Shown piece after piece: positions 8,402 through 18,001 of a DNA stretch of 28,299 nt. Both the position numbers and the translations under genes were made by a program. Source of the stretch: Hyalangium minutum (GTDB taxonomy: Bacteria; Myxococcota; Myxococcia; Myxococcales; Myxococcaceae); contig NZ_JMCB01000035.1 in the NCBI RefSeq assembly GCF_000737315.1, forward strand, positions 1-28,299. The letters run 5' to 3'. The first letter of the stretch is position 1. Each line of letters begins with the position of its first letter. Under the pieces are notes generated by a model, which saw only the letters and a list, made by a program, of their open reading frames with translations, made no database searches and was not told the DNA's origin.

Positions 8402-8849
8402 TCAGTTGCAGGAGTACTGAGGGGCGAGCTCGAGGACGCGCTGCTCGGCGAGCGGGGAGAGCGCCCTCAGGCGGGAGAGGTAGAGAGGGGCCTTCATCCC
8501 CATGCCGATGAAGGACCGTATGAGCGCTCTTGAGCTACGGAGATCTCCTTCCGCTCGGCCTCCGTGAACGTACGCCCCGCGGCCTTCTCGAAGGTCTGCA
8601 GATCCAGCTCGAGCTGTGCGTTCAAAGTGGCCCGGAGCGCCTGGAGCAGCTCGGCGTACTCGGTCATGGCCGCCTCCAGCGTCTCGGGCGCCTGAGCGAG
8701 GATCTTCTGGGCCTCCAGGAAGTCGAGGCGGGTGTGCTGCGCCTCTTCGAGCCAGTGGTGCTTGAGTTGGGGAGCACGTCATCGAGCTTCCACGACGCGC
8801 GTTCGGAGCTTTGGATGCAAGACTGGTATTCGGAGTCGGTCTTGAGCAT
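8402..8849 (-). pseudogene. Ferritin-like diiron protein pseudogene (large internal deletion plus frameshifts)
   Basis: N-terminus MLKTDSEYQSCIQSSERASWKLDDVLP jumps in another frame to LKHHWLEEAQHTRLDFLEAQ (ExxH diiron motif) ...LDLQTFEKAAGRTFTEAE; a further shift occurs near 8530. Confidence 0.7.
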
Positions 8850-9114
8850 GGGCTGAGTGGATGATCACTGCGCTGCACATGTCAATGCAGGCGGATGGAG
8901 CCATTGGATTGCAGCAACGGGAGCAGATGGAGCGCTTCGGAGATCGGGCTGTGCACTGGGCCGGTGGAGCATCACCCTCCGAAGATGTACCTGCCCCTGC
9001 GGACGTGTCGTGTTCTCGTTGCCATTGGGGAATTGGAGGATCCACTGCCGGTAGGGCTTCGTGCTACGAGAGCCGTGGGGGGCGTGGCCGGTTCGCCCCT
9101 GGACTCGCAAGGCC

Positions 9115-10017
9115 ATGCGCACGGACATCCTTCCCGAGGAGCTCCTCGAGACGGTTCTCGGTTCGATGACGGCAGCCGCCGCGGAGCGGCTGCGTGCCGA
9201 GCCCGGCCTGCCTCAGGTACTCTCCCGGATATTCGCGGAGGCGGCCTCGCTTCGGAGCGTGGCGCCAGAGCCACTCGTGTTCGCGCGTCACTTGGGCGCG
9301 TGGCTCGCCGAGGCGGACGACCCCGCTCGCGTCCTGGAGCGCCTGCATGCGCGAGACCTGGCGCTCGCGCTCGCCTGTGCCCTGGAGACGCCCGGAGCCA
9401 CGGAGCTGCTCGAGGAGGAGGTCCTGGGCAGGCTGCGCGTGCCGCTCTCCCGCCTCCATCCCTCGCCCGCGTTCGTGGACGAGGTGCTCCAGACGCTCCG
9501 GGCGAACCTGCTCATGCCCCGGGCGGGAGGGCCGCCCCGGCTCATCGGCTATGCGGGCGTGGGCTCATTGTTCCACTGGGTGAACAGCGCGGGCGTGCGG
9601 CTCGCGCTGCGGATGCGCAAGGCGCATGGCCAGGAGGCCCAGGTGGATGCCGAGGTGCTGGCCGCGCATCCCGCCCAGGGAGGGCTGGAGCTGGGGCTGG
9701 TCCGCGAGGAGGCCCGCGCGCATGTGCGTGCCGCTTTCGTGCAGGCGGTGGCGTCACTCGATGACGAGGACCGGGAGCTCTTGCGCCTGCACTTCGTGGA
9801 GCGGCTTTCCCTGGAGCGGATGGGGACGCTGTACGGTCTGCACAAGTCGACCCTGTCCCGGCGGTTGTCCGGGGTACAGGCGCTGCTGGAAAAGCGCACG
9901 CGCCGGTGCCTGTCGGAGCGGCTGGCGCTCTCCTCGGAGGAATTGGACAGCGTGATGCGCGCTATCCACGGTCGCCTCGACCTGAGCCTGTCCGGGCTCC
10001 TGGCGGCGAAGGGATGA
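9115..10017 (+). CDS. ECF-like sigma-70 factor, Myxococcales family (TIGR03001-like)
   Basis: DLALALACAL...EVLQTLRANLL...YAGVGSLFHWV region 2; RELLRLHFVERLSLERMGTLYGLHKSTLSRRL region 4. ATGA overlap with the kinase gene. Confidence 0.85.
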   Translation: MRTDILPEELLETVLGSMTAAAAERLRAEPGLPQVLSRIFAEAASLRSVAPEPLVFARHLGAWLAEADDPARVLERLHARDLALALACALETPGATELLEEEVLGRLRVPLSRLHPSPAFVDEVLQTLRANLLMPRAGGPPRLIGYAGVGSLFHWVNSAGVRLALRMRKAHGQEAQVDAEVLAAHPAQGGLELGLVREEARAHVRAAFVQAVASLDDEDRELLRLHFVERLSLERMGTLYGLHKSTLSRRLSGVQALLEKRTRRCLSERLALSSEELDSVMRAIHGRLDLSLSGLLAAKG

Positions 10018-12677
10018 GCTGCCCAGACGAGAACGACCTCGCCCGCTACGTGAATGGCTTGCTGTCGGCCGAGCGTGAGCAGGCGGTGCGCTCCCATGTC
10101 ACCGGCTGTGGCGAGTGCCGGAGCGTGCTCGCCGCGCTGAGCGCTCTGGAGGAGCCGCCCCTCGCGCAGGGCGTGGGGCCGCTCGCCACGGGCACGCGGG
10201 TAGGGCGCTATGTGGTGCTGGGCCTGTTGGGCGAGGGCGGCATGGGCCGCGTCCATGTCGCGTACGACCCCGAGCTGGACCGCAAGGTGGCGTTGAAGCT
10301 GCTCAACCCGGAGCGGCTTCGCGGGGACTCGCTGGACCTGGCGCGACAGCGGCTGGAGCGCGAGGCCCGGACCATGGCGCGGCTGTCCCATCCCCATGTC
10401 GCCAGCCTCCATGACGTGGGCGAGTACGAGGGACAGCTGTTCCTGGTGATGGAGTTCGTGGAGGGAGGCACGCTGCGGAAGTGGCTGGCGGAACGTCCCC
10501 GCTCGCGCCGGGAGATCCTGGAGCGCTTCCTCCAGGCCGCGGACGGGCTCGCTGCCTCGCATGCGCTGGGCATCGTCCACCGCGACTTCAAGCCGGACAA
10601 CGTCCTGCTCACGAAGCCTGGCGTCGTCCGCATCACCGACTTCGGCCTGGCCCACGCGACGGCGGCGTCCGGGGAGGGGGCGGTGCTGGATGCCTCGGTG
10701 ACGAGCGACGCCCTCACCGTCACCGGGACCTTGCTGGGCACGCTGGCCTACGGCGCGCCCGAGCAGCTTCGTGGCGAGCGCGGCGATGCCCGCTCGGACC
10801 AGTTCTCCTTCTGCGTCGCGCTCTACGAGGCGCTCAATGGCCAGCGTCCCTTCGAGGGGACAACCCGGGAGGCGCTGCTGGAGGCGATGGCGCGTCAGGC
10901 CGTGCGGCCCGAACGGCCCGGGGTTCCGGTGTGGCTGCGGTCCGTGGTCCGCCGGGGGCTCTCCGCGGACCCGGCGAAGCGCTTCTCCTCCATGGGCGAG
11001 CTGCGCGCACGGCTCGCCCGGGACCCTGTCTCCCGATGGCGCAACGGGAGCCTGGCGGCGCTGGCGGTGGTCCTGGCCGTCGCGGTGCTGGGCGTACTTG
11101 CCCGGAGGGAGCCGCGCGAGCTGTGTCAGGGCAGCGAGCGGCACTTCGCGGGAGTCTGGGACGAGGCGGCCCGCGAGGCCCTCCACCGGGCGTTCCTGGC
11201 CACGGGCTCGCCAGACGCGGAAGCCTCCTTCGCGGCGGTGGCGGCGGCGCTGGAGCGCTGGAAGGAGGACTGGACGCGCGCGCACCAGGAGGCCTGCGAG
11301 GCCACGCGTGTCTGGGGGGAGCAGTCGGACCAGGTGCTGGGCCTGCGCATGGCGTGTCTCGATGAACGGCTGGGCGAGGTGAATCGCCTGGTGGCAGTGC
11401 TCCAGGGCGCGGACGCCCGCACGGTGGAGCGTGGCTTCGGCCTGGGGGCGTCCCTGACAAGCCTGCGGCGCTGCTCCGACGTGAGGACGTTGCAGGAGGC
11501 GGTGGCGCTACCCGAGGACCCGGTGGCCTTGGCGGAGGTGGCGGTCATCCGGGGGGAACTGGCGCGGGCGAACGCGGAGTTGCTCGCGGGGCGTACCCCG
11601 GAGGCCTTGAAGGGGGTGCTGGCCGCGCGGGAGCGCGCTGTGCGCACGCACTACCGCCCCTTGGAGGCGGAGGCCCACCTGCTGTGCTCGACGATTCAGT
11701 CGGATGCGAGCATGTTCGAAGCCGCCCGGGACTCCGCGGCACAGGCGGCCCTCGCGGCGGAAGCCGGGCGGCACCATGGCGTGCTGGCGCGGGCGCTCTA
11801 TGGCATGGCCTGGGTAACTGTGCATGGCCTGGGGCAGACGCGGGAGGCGTGGGCCCACCTCCAACGCGCCCAGGCCGTAGCGGAGCCGCTGCGAGACCCC
11901 GAGTTCGACGCGCTGCTGGACTATGTCCGCGCCGAGCTGCTCGAACAGGAGGGCCGCTTCGCCGAGGCGGAGCCCCTCCTGCGCGAGGCGCTCGACCGTG
12001 TCATCGCGAAGGGCGCGTCGCACGCCGCCACCCGCGCCGAGCTCACCGGGCGCCTGGGCCTGCTGGCCCGTCAGCAAGGACGGCTCCTCGAGGCGAAGCG
12101 ATGGCAGGAGGAGGCGGTTCGACTCCATGAAGAACTCCATGGCCCCGAGCATCGCGACACCGCGCGGGCGCTGGCGAACCTGGGGGGCACGCTGGGCTAC
12201 ACGGGAGAGTTTGCGCGCGCGGAGGCCGTCATCCAGCGGGCGCTCGTCATCCTCCAGCGCGTCCTGGGAGAGGAGCATCTGGCGGTGGTACGCACCCTGT
12301 CCAACCTGTCCTTCGTCTACTTCGAGTGGGGACATGGCCCCCAGGCGCGTGAGGCCGCGGAACGGGGCTTCGCGCTGGCGCACAAGAGCGTGGCCCCGGA
12401 TGCCGCAGCCTCTATGGTGACGCGGGCCTCGACCTGCGACGACTACAGCGACAGGCCGCTGAAAGATCCCTACACGGAGGTCTATTCCTTCGCCGTCCGC
12501 GGGGACGAACTCTTCACTCAGAGAGAGGAGGACGACCCGAAGGTCACCCTGCGCTGGAAGCGGGTGAGCGACCTGTGCGAGGCGTCCACCTCGTTCAAGT
12601 GCCGGGGACGAGGGTCGTGCTCCTGTGTCACCACGAAGAACAAGCCCCTGACGGGCCAGCAGAACTGCACCCTCTGA
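10014..12677 (+). CDS. Membrane Ser/Thr protein kinase (N-terminal zinc-finger-like motif, Pkinase, TM, TPR repeats) with a foreign C-terminal ~85 aa
   Basis: HVTGCGEC motif; LGEGGMGRV, VALK, HRDFKPDNVL, DFG, APE; TM near aa 345-365; TPRs. After about 12420 the sequence changes to an unrelated Cys-rich tail. Confidence 0.9.
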   Translation: MSCPDENDLARYVNGLLSAEREQAVRSHVTGCGECRSVLAALSALEEPPLAQGVGPLATGTRVGRYVVLGLLGEGGMGRVHVAYDPELDRKVALKLLNPERLRGDSLDLARQRLEREARTMARLSHPHVASLHDVGEYEGQLFLVMEFVEGGTLRKWLAERPRSRREILERFLQAADGLAASHALGIVHRDFKPDNVLLTKPGVVRITDFGLAHATAASGEGAVLDASVTSDALTVTGTLLGTLAYGAPEQLRGERGDARSDQFSFCVALYEALNGQRPFEGTTREALLEAMARQAVRPERPGVPVWLRSVVRRGLSADPAKRFSSMGELRARLARDPVSRWRNGSLAALAVVLAVAVLGVLARREPRELCQGSERHFAGVWDEAAREALHRAFLATGSPDAEASFAAVAAALERWKEDWTRAHQEACEATRVWGEQSDQVLGLRMACLDERLGEVNRLVAVLQGADARTVERGFGLGASLTSLRRCSDVRTLQEAVALPEDPVALAEVAVIRGELARANAELLAGRTPEALKGVLAARERAVRTHYRPLEAEAHLLCSTIQSDASMFEAARDSAAQAALAAEAGRHHGVLARALYGMAWVTVHGLGQTREAWAHLQRAQAVAEPLRDPEFDALLDYVRAELLEQEGRFAEAEPLLREALDRVIAKGASHAATRAELTGRLGLLARQQGRLLEAKRWQEEAVRLHEELHGPEHRDTARALANLGGTLGYTGEFARAEAVIQRALVILQRVLGEEHLAVVRTLSNLSFVYFEWGHGPQAREAAERGFALAHKSVAPDAAASMVTRASTCDDYSDRPLKDPYTEVYSFAVRGDELFTQREEDDPKVTLRWKRVSDLCEASTSFKCRGRGSCSCVTTKNKPLTGQQNCTL

Positions 12678-12711
12678 CGGTCAGGAGCCACCATCCGCTC
12701 AGTCGAGCGCA

Positions 12712-12750
12712 AAAGCCCCGGCCGCCATCTGGCGAGCCGGGGCTTTCCTT
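12712..12750. terminator. Intrinsic terminator, probably bidirectional: AAAGCCCCGGC-CGCC-ATCT-GGCG-A-GCCGGGGCTTT
   Basis: 11-bp perfect outer stem with an A-tract on one side and a T-tract on the other, between convergent genes. Confidence 0.85.
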
Positions 12751-12772
12751 TCCCTGGTGGGAGCCGGGGTTC

Positions 12773-13444
12773 CTAGCGGAAGAGTTCCCACAGCTGGATG
12801 GCTGTTGCGCGCGCTCGCAGCGTACCGTAGCGATCACCGGCCCAGCCTATCTCGGCCGAGACGTAGAAGTTTTTGGCATAGGAGCGCAACGCATACTGGC
12901 CCCCGCTCAAGGGGATAATATAGAAGCGCTCCCATGCCGCTACCTCCGTGGCGCGGGCCCTCAGCGTGCCGAAGGTGTCTCCGCCCCAGCCGATCTCGGC
13001 GGAAACATAGCGGCCATTGGCCAGAGACTTCAGTGCATACGTGCCGGCGAAGTAACAGAGCTGATACCTTTCCCAAAGGTCCGCCCGGTAAGCCCGGGCT
13101 CTGAGCGTGCCGTACTGAGTGCCGCCCCAGCCCACTTCCGCGGAAACGTAACGGCCGTTCGCCACCGAGGTGATCGTGGTCCATTTGGGATTGCAGACGA
13201 TCGTGGGGGGCACTGCGGCGTCAAGTGTGGCCGCCTGTGCAGCCAGCTCGTCCGCGAGCTCCAGCAGAGGAACTGGCTCAGCTTGAACCTCGGCGAAGGC
13301 CCCCGAAACCTCCTGCTCCTCGAGCGCTGTTGATGTCTGCGCGGTATCCGCGCTCACAGCACCATCCGACTCAGGACCGCATGCCTGAATTCCAAACATC
13401 AGTCCCGCAGTGACAAGAAGACGCCGCAGAAAGATCTGGCTCAT
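12773..13444 (-). CDS. Fascin-like beta-trefoil lipoprotein
   Basis: Lipobox FGIQAC; three repeats of NGRYVSAE.GW.G..YGTLRARA...WE.F. ATG at 13444 is preferred over the GTG/TTG extension to 13690. Confidence 0.85.
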   Translation of the reverse strand: MSQIFLRRLLVTAGLMFGIQACGPESDGAVSADTAQTSTALEEQEVSGAFAEVQAEPVPLLELADELAAQAATLDAAVPPTIVCNPKWTTITSVANGRYVSAEVGWGGTQYGTLRARAYRADLWERYQLCYFAGTYALKSLANGRYVSAEIGWGGDTFGTLRARATEVAAWERFYIIPLSGGQYALRSYAKNFYVSAEIGWAGDRYGTLRARATAIQLWELFR

Positions 13445-13756
13445 ATCGTCTGTTACCCCTGGCAAGCATTGGACAACCGAGTACTGCCTTGACGCTGATG
13501 GGCGGCAGCCAGTACACGCATTCGCTGTTGTTGAGCCAAGAATTGCCACGCACTGTCCAATGAGTACCCCAACCCCGGTGCGGCCACTCTGTTGCTTGTT
13601 TTGTGTTCTCAGCCGAAGAACCGCACCGTAGACAACGCGATTCGGGACGTGTGAGTGGATGCTAGGCATTTCTCTCATCCCCGTGAGCAAGTCCTAGCCA
13701 CTGCGTGACTCCATCAAGGCACGGCAGGGCCAAAAGCTTTCACACAGAGATGCCCC

Positions 13757-16324
13757 TCAGGGACAGCCGTGGGACTGATGCCAGTAGAAGGCGCGGTGGA
13801 GCAAGACCGCCGAGAGCAGGTAGGCCACGACCAGCCCCGCCAGCAGCAGTCCCAGCAAAGGTGGGAGGGGGATGAAGCCGAACCAGGCACCCAGGGCCGT
13901 GAAGGGCAGCACGTTGGCCACGACGATGGCCCCCAGGGATGACAGCAGGAGCCAGCCCGAGGGCCGGCTGCGCAGCGGGTTGCGATGGGTGCGGATGATG
14001 AAGATGACGAGCACCTGCGTGGTGAGCGACTCCATGAACCACGCCGTCTGGAACAGCGGGGCCTCGGCCTTGAAGAGCAGCAGCAGGACGGCGAAGGTGG
14101 CTGCATCGAACAGCGAGCTGAGCACGCCGAACAAAGCCATGAAGCGCTGTACCGAGCGCAGATCCCACCGGGGCGGCTGCGCGAGCTGCTCCGGGTCCAC
14201 CTCATCCAGCGGGATGGCCAGCTCGGACAAGTCGTAGAGCAGGTTATTGAGGAGGATCTGGATGGGGAGCATGGGCAAGAACGGCAGCAGCATGGAGGCG
14301 CCCGCCATGCTCAGCATGTTGCCGAAGTTGGAGCTGGTGCCCATGCGGATGTATTTCATGACGTTGCCGAAGGTCCGCCGGCCTTCCTCCACGCCTTCCT
14401 GGAGCACGGCCAGATCCTGCCGCAGCAGCAGCAGATCCGCCGCCTCGCGGGCCACATCCACGGCGCCGTCCACGGAGATGCCCACATCCGCGGCATGCAG
14501 CGAGGGTGCGTCGTTGACGCCATCCCCCAGGTAACCCACCACGTGCCCGCGCCCGCGCAGCGCGCGGATGATGCGGCTCTTTTGCGCGGGAGAGACGCGG
14601 GCGAAGAGGGTGGTTTGCTCGGCCCGCACCCGGAGCGCCTGCTCATCCAGCGCCTCCAGCTGCCGGCCGGTGAGCACCTGCTTCACGGGGAGCCCCAACT
14701 CGCGGCAGACATGTTGCGCGACGCGCTCGTCATCCCCCGTGACGACCTTCACCTGAACGCCGCCTCGGGTGAGCGCCTCCAGCGCGGGCCGCGCGCTCTG
14801 CTTGGGTGGATCCAGGAACGCGGCGAAGCCGGCGAGGGTGAGCTCCACCTCGTCTCCGGTGCGCGCCACCTGCATGTCCGGAGGCTCCTCTCGCCAGGCG
14901 GCGGCGAGCACGCGGAACCCCTGCTCTCCCAGCTCCGCGAAGCGCGCCTGCACCCGGGCCCGCGCCGCGGCATCCAGGGGGTGTTGGGTGCGTCCCTCGT
15001 CCTCTTCATAGTGGGTGCAGAGGGGCAACAACTCCTCGGGAGCCCCCTTCACCACCAGCAGCCGATGACCCTCGCGCTCCAGCAACACGGAGACGCGGCG
15101 GCGCTCGAAGTCGAAGGGCACCTCGTCCACCTTGCTCCAACCGGCAGGCTGTACCTCCTGGTGCGCGAGGATGGCCTCGTCCATGGGGCTGCGCAGCCCG
15201 GTCTCGAAGTGGCTGTTGAGCCAGGTCAACTCCAGCACCCGGGCGCACTCGCGGCCCGTGGCGTCCTCATGCTGCTCCAGGCGGATGCATGCCTCCGTGA
15301 GCGTGCCCGTCTTGTCCGTGCACAGCACATCCATGCTCCCCAGGTCGTGCACCGCGCTCAGCCGCTTGACGATGACATGCCGGGACGCCATGCGCAGCGC
15401 GCCGCGCGACAGCGTCACGGAGAGGATCATGGGCAGCAGTTCGGGAGTGAGGCCCACCGCCAGCGCCACGGAGAAGAGGAAGGACTCCAACAGGGGCCGG
15501 CGCGCGTGCACGTGCACCAGCAGCACCACGAGCACCAGCAGCACCGTCAGCCGCATCAGCATCAGCCCGAAGCGGCGCATCTCCAGCTCGAACGCGGTGG
15601 AAGGGGCGCGCTGGGCCAGTGAGTGGGCAATGGCGCCCACCGAGGTCCTCGTGCCTGTGTTGAAGATCACGGCCCTTGCCGTCCCGCTGATGACGGAGGT
15701 GCTCATGAAAACGGCATTGCGCGCCTCGGTGGGGCCGGCGTCCGGGGGGGCCTCACCCGTGGCCTTCTCCACCGGGTAGGACTCACCGGTGAGGAGCGCC
15801 TGGTTGACGTAGAGGTCCCGGGACTCCAGCAACCGCGCGTCCGCGGGCACCAGGCTGCCGGCCTCCAAGAGCACCACATCCCCGGGGACGAGCGTGGCGG
15901 AGGGGAGCTCCTGCTCCGTCCCATCTCTCAGGACCCGGGCTCGCGGGGCCACCATGTGCCGGAGCTTCTCCGCTGCATCCCCGGCGCGGTGCTCCTGGAA
16001 GAAGTCCAGCGTCACGCTGAGCAGCAGGATGGTGGCGATGATGGAGGCGCTCGTCAGATCACCCGTGAGCGCCGAGGCGACGCTGGCCGCCAGCAGCACC
16101 AGCACGAGCGGCTCCCGGAAGCGCGCCAGAAACTCCACCACGGGGAAGCGCCGGGTGCGCCGCTCAGGGGTGTTGGGGCCGTAGCGCTCGAGCCGGGCCT
16201 GGGCCTCGGTGCTCGTGAGCCCCGAGGAGCTGCTCCCGAGCCGCGCCAGCAGTGCCTCGGCGGAGCCGCTCCAGGCGGGGAGGGCTTCAGGAGCAGAGGG
16301 GGAAGAGGGGCGCCTGTCACCCAT
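13757..16324 (-). CDS. mgtA: Magnesium-translocating P-type ATPase (type IIIB)
   Basis: LTGES, GLTPELLP, DKTGTLT, KGAPEE, DPPK, TGD, GDGVNDAPSL, TSSNFGNM (MgtA signature). RBS AGGAG upstream of ATG 16324. Confidence 0.93.
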   Translation of the reverse strand: MGDRRPSSPSAPEALPAWSGSAEALLARLGSSSSGLTSTEAQARLERYGPNTPERRTRRFPVVEFLARFREPLVLVLLAASVASALTGDLTSASIIATILLLSVTLDFFQEHRAGDAAEKLRHMVAPRARVLRDGTEQELPSATLVPGDVVLLEAGSLVPADARLLESRDLYVNQALLTGESYPVEKATGEAPPDAGPTEARNAVFMSTSVISGTARAVIFNTGTRTSVGAIAHSLAQRAPSTAFELEMRRFGLMLMRLTVLLVLVVLLVHVHARRPLLESFLFSVALAVGLTPELLPMILSVTLSRGALRMASRHVIVKRLSAVHDLGSMDVLCTDKTGTLTEACIRLEQHEDATGRECARVLELTWLNSHFETGLRSPMDEAILAHQEVQPAGWSKVDEVPFDFERRRVSVLLEREGHRLLVVKGAPEELLPLCTHYEEDEGRTQHPLDAAARARVQARFAELGEQGFRVLAAAWREEPPDMQVARTGDEVELTLAGFAAFLDPPKQSARPALEALTRGGVQVKVVTGDDERVAQHVCRELGLPVKQVLTGRQLEALDEQALRVRAEQTTLFARVSPAQKSRIIRALRGRGHVVGYLGDGVNDAPSLHAADVGISVDGAVDVAREAADLLLLRQDLAVLQEGVEEGRRTFGNVMKYIRMGTSSNFGNMLSMAGASMLLPFLPMLPIQILLNNLLYDLSELAIPLDEVDPEQLAQPPRWDLRSVQRFMALFGVLSSLFDAATFAVLLLLFKAEAPLFQTAWFMESLTTQVLVIFIIRTHRNPLRSRPSGWLLLSSLGAIVVANVLPFTALGAWFGFIPLPPLLGLLLAGLVVAYLLSAVLLHRAFYWHQSHGCP

Positions 16325-17309
16325 CCTGCTTCTCCTCGGGGACGCTCCCTCGGAGAAGCAAGAGGCCAACAGGCAAGGGGAGCCAGAGGGTGAAGCCGCG
16401 CAGCAGCAGGGTGCCGGTGAGCGCCGTCTCGAGCGGAACTCCGAGGTAGTTCAGCATCCCCACGCAGGCGGCCTCGAAGGTGCCGACACCGCCGGGGATG
16501 ATGGACACCGTCTCCGCCACGGAGGCCAGCATGAAGCTGACGAGCACGGTGCTCGGCAGGGCGGTGTGCCCCAGTGCCCGGAGCGTGGCGCCTAGGGTGG
16601 CGGCGTCTAGGAGGAAGATGGCCAGCGAGAGCAGGGTGCCCTCGGCGAGCAGGCGCGGGTCGCGCAGCAGCCGGGGCGGTACCTGAGAGAGGGTGCGCAG
16701 CAGGGGCTCGAGCCCTGGGATGCGCCGGATCCACCGGGCACCCAGCCAGCTCTGGCGCCGCGTCAGCCAGAGGGTGGTGGCAGGGACGATGGCGAGCAGG
16801 ATGGAGAAGCTGGCGGCCAGCCACTTCACCAGAGGATTCAGCTCGCGCCGGTACCAGAGGAAGAGGAGGCTGATGCCCAGGGCGAGGGCCTGCGCGGCGT
16901 AGAGGCACAGGTTGGTGATGATCACCGAGGCGGCGGCCGCGCTGGCGGAGGCGCCCTCCCGCCGGAGCCCTCGTGCGACGACCAGGGAGCCGCCCAGCCC
17001 CGCGCTGGGGAAGATCTGATCAAAGGAGAGCTTCATGATGGACAAGCGAGCCAGGGAGAGCAGCGGAGCGTGAACCCCGGTGCGCAGCAGCACGCGCCTC
17101 CAGAGCACCGCGGCACACAGATAGGTGCCCACCTGGAACCCAGCGCCCACGAGCAGCCAGGCGGGACGGGCCTGGAGAAAGAGCTGGGCGAGCTTCTCCT
17201 CCTCGGCATAGCGCGTGAGCACGAAGACGAGGAAGGCCGCGAGCACCAGCACGCCCGGCACCCATCCCCAGCGCCTGCGCCTGGAGGGCGTGGGCAGGGG
17301 AGGGAGCAT
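16317..17309 (-). CDS. Lysylphosphatidylglycerol-synthase TM-region (flippase-like, UPF0104) membrane protein
   Basis: Multi-TM; QIFPSAGLGG and SIIPGGVGTFEAACVGML motifs. Overlaps the mgtA start by 8 bp. Confidence 0.85.
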   Translation of the reverse strand: MLPPLPTPSRRRRWGWVPGVLVLAAFLVFVLTRYAEEEKLAQLFLQARPAWLLVGAGFQVGTYLCAAVLWRRVLLRTGVHAPLLSLARLSIMKLSFDQIFPSAGLGGSLVVARGLRREGASASAAAASVIITNLCLYAAQALALGISLLFLWYRRELNPLVKWLAASFSILLAIVPATTLWLTRRQSWLGARWIRRIPGLEPLLRTLSQVPPRLLRDPRLLAEGTLLSLAIFLLDAATLGATLRALGHTALPSTVLVSFMLASVAETVSIIPGGVGTFEAACVGMLNYLGVPLETALTGTLLLRGFTLWLPLPVGLLLLRGSVPEEKQDG

Positions 17310-17468
17310 GTCCCCCGGCCGGAGCTGGGCTGCTATACCGGGCTTCACCCGCACCTCCTGGAGTCGGCTCTCAAGATGAGGCCGCCGGAGGCGGGGTGCA
17401 GCAGCGCTCGGTCCCCCCGGCACGCAGCGGGTGGAACGCGGGCCGGAGGGGCTGCCCGCGCGCCAACC

Positions 17469-17966
17469 TCAACGCACGCGCGTCAGCGTCACGCAGCCCA
17501 GGAAGCGCGCCTTGCCGATCCGCTCCAGCGTGTGCCGGGCCGCGGAGAAGTGCGTGGACCCCAGTGGCACGCACAACAGCGCGCGCTCGCAGGCCAGCGC
17601 TACCTCGAGCCCCACCGGGTTCGTGAGGACCGAGTCGATGCAGGTGACGGTCCTCCCGCCCTGCTCCATGTACGAGCGGATGTCTCGCACGAGACGGGCG
17701 GCGGCTCCCGGCGGCAGGCCCTCGGCGTCGATCAGGCGGAGGGGCTTCTCGCGGTACTGCTTGCCCACCGAGAGGATGGCCTGCCCCGCTGCCAAGCCGG
17801 AGGTCCCCGGCTGCGCGGGTACCACCACCAGTGAGGACCACGGCTCGCGCTGGGTGAGCAGCGTCCACAGGTGGAGCAACTCGGTGGGAACCGGCTCCGC
17901 GGGAGCTGGGGAGAGCTCGCGGGGGAACGAGGGCGCTTCCGGGGCGAGGGGCAGCGGGGTGTACAT
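17469..17966 (-). CDS. Stand-alone Wze/BY-kinase-like (CpsD/CapB-like) polysaccharide co-polymerase partner, degenerate P-loop
   Basis: WSSLVVVPAQPGTSG (degenerate Walker A position), VTCIDS, ERALLCVPLGST...ARHTLERIG..RFLGCV pattern. Directly downstream of a sugar transferase. Confidence 0.55.
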   Translation of the reverse strand: MYTPLPLAPEAPSFPRELSPAPAEPVPTELLHLWTLLTQREPWSSLVVVPAQPGTSGLAAGQAILSVGKQYREKPLRLIDAEGLPPGAAARLVRDIRSYMEQGGRTVTCIDSVLTNPVGLEVALACERALLCVPLGSTHFSAARHTLERIGKARFLGCVTLTRVR

Positions 17967-18001
17967 GGGCCCGTCCAGTTCTTGATGTCGAATCTCAGGT
18001 G

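Noticed and set aside
8985-9060. Minus-strand peptide KPYRQWILQFP resembling the IS91 transposase PYRQWVLSFP motif
   Set aside because: No flanking zinc-binding or HUH motifs; too short to support.
13445-13690. 82-codon N-terminal extension of the fascin gene
   Set aside because: It would bury the lipoprotein signal and has atypical composition; treated as upstream regulatory DNA.
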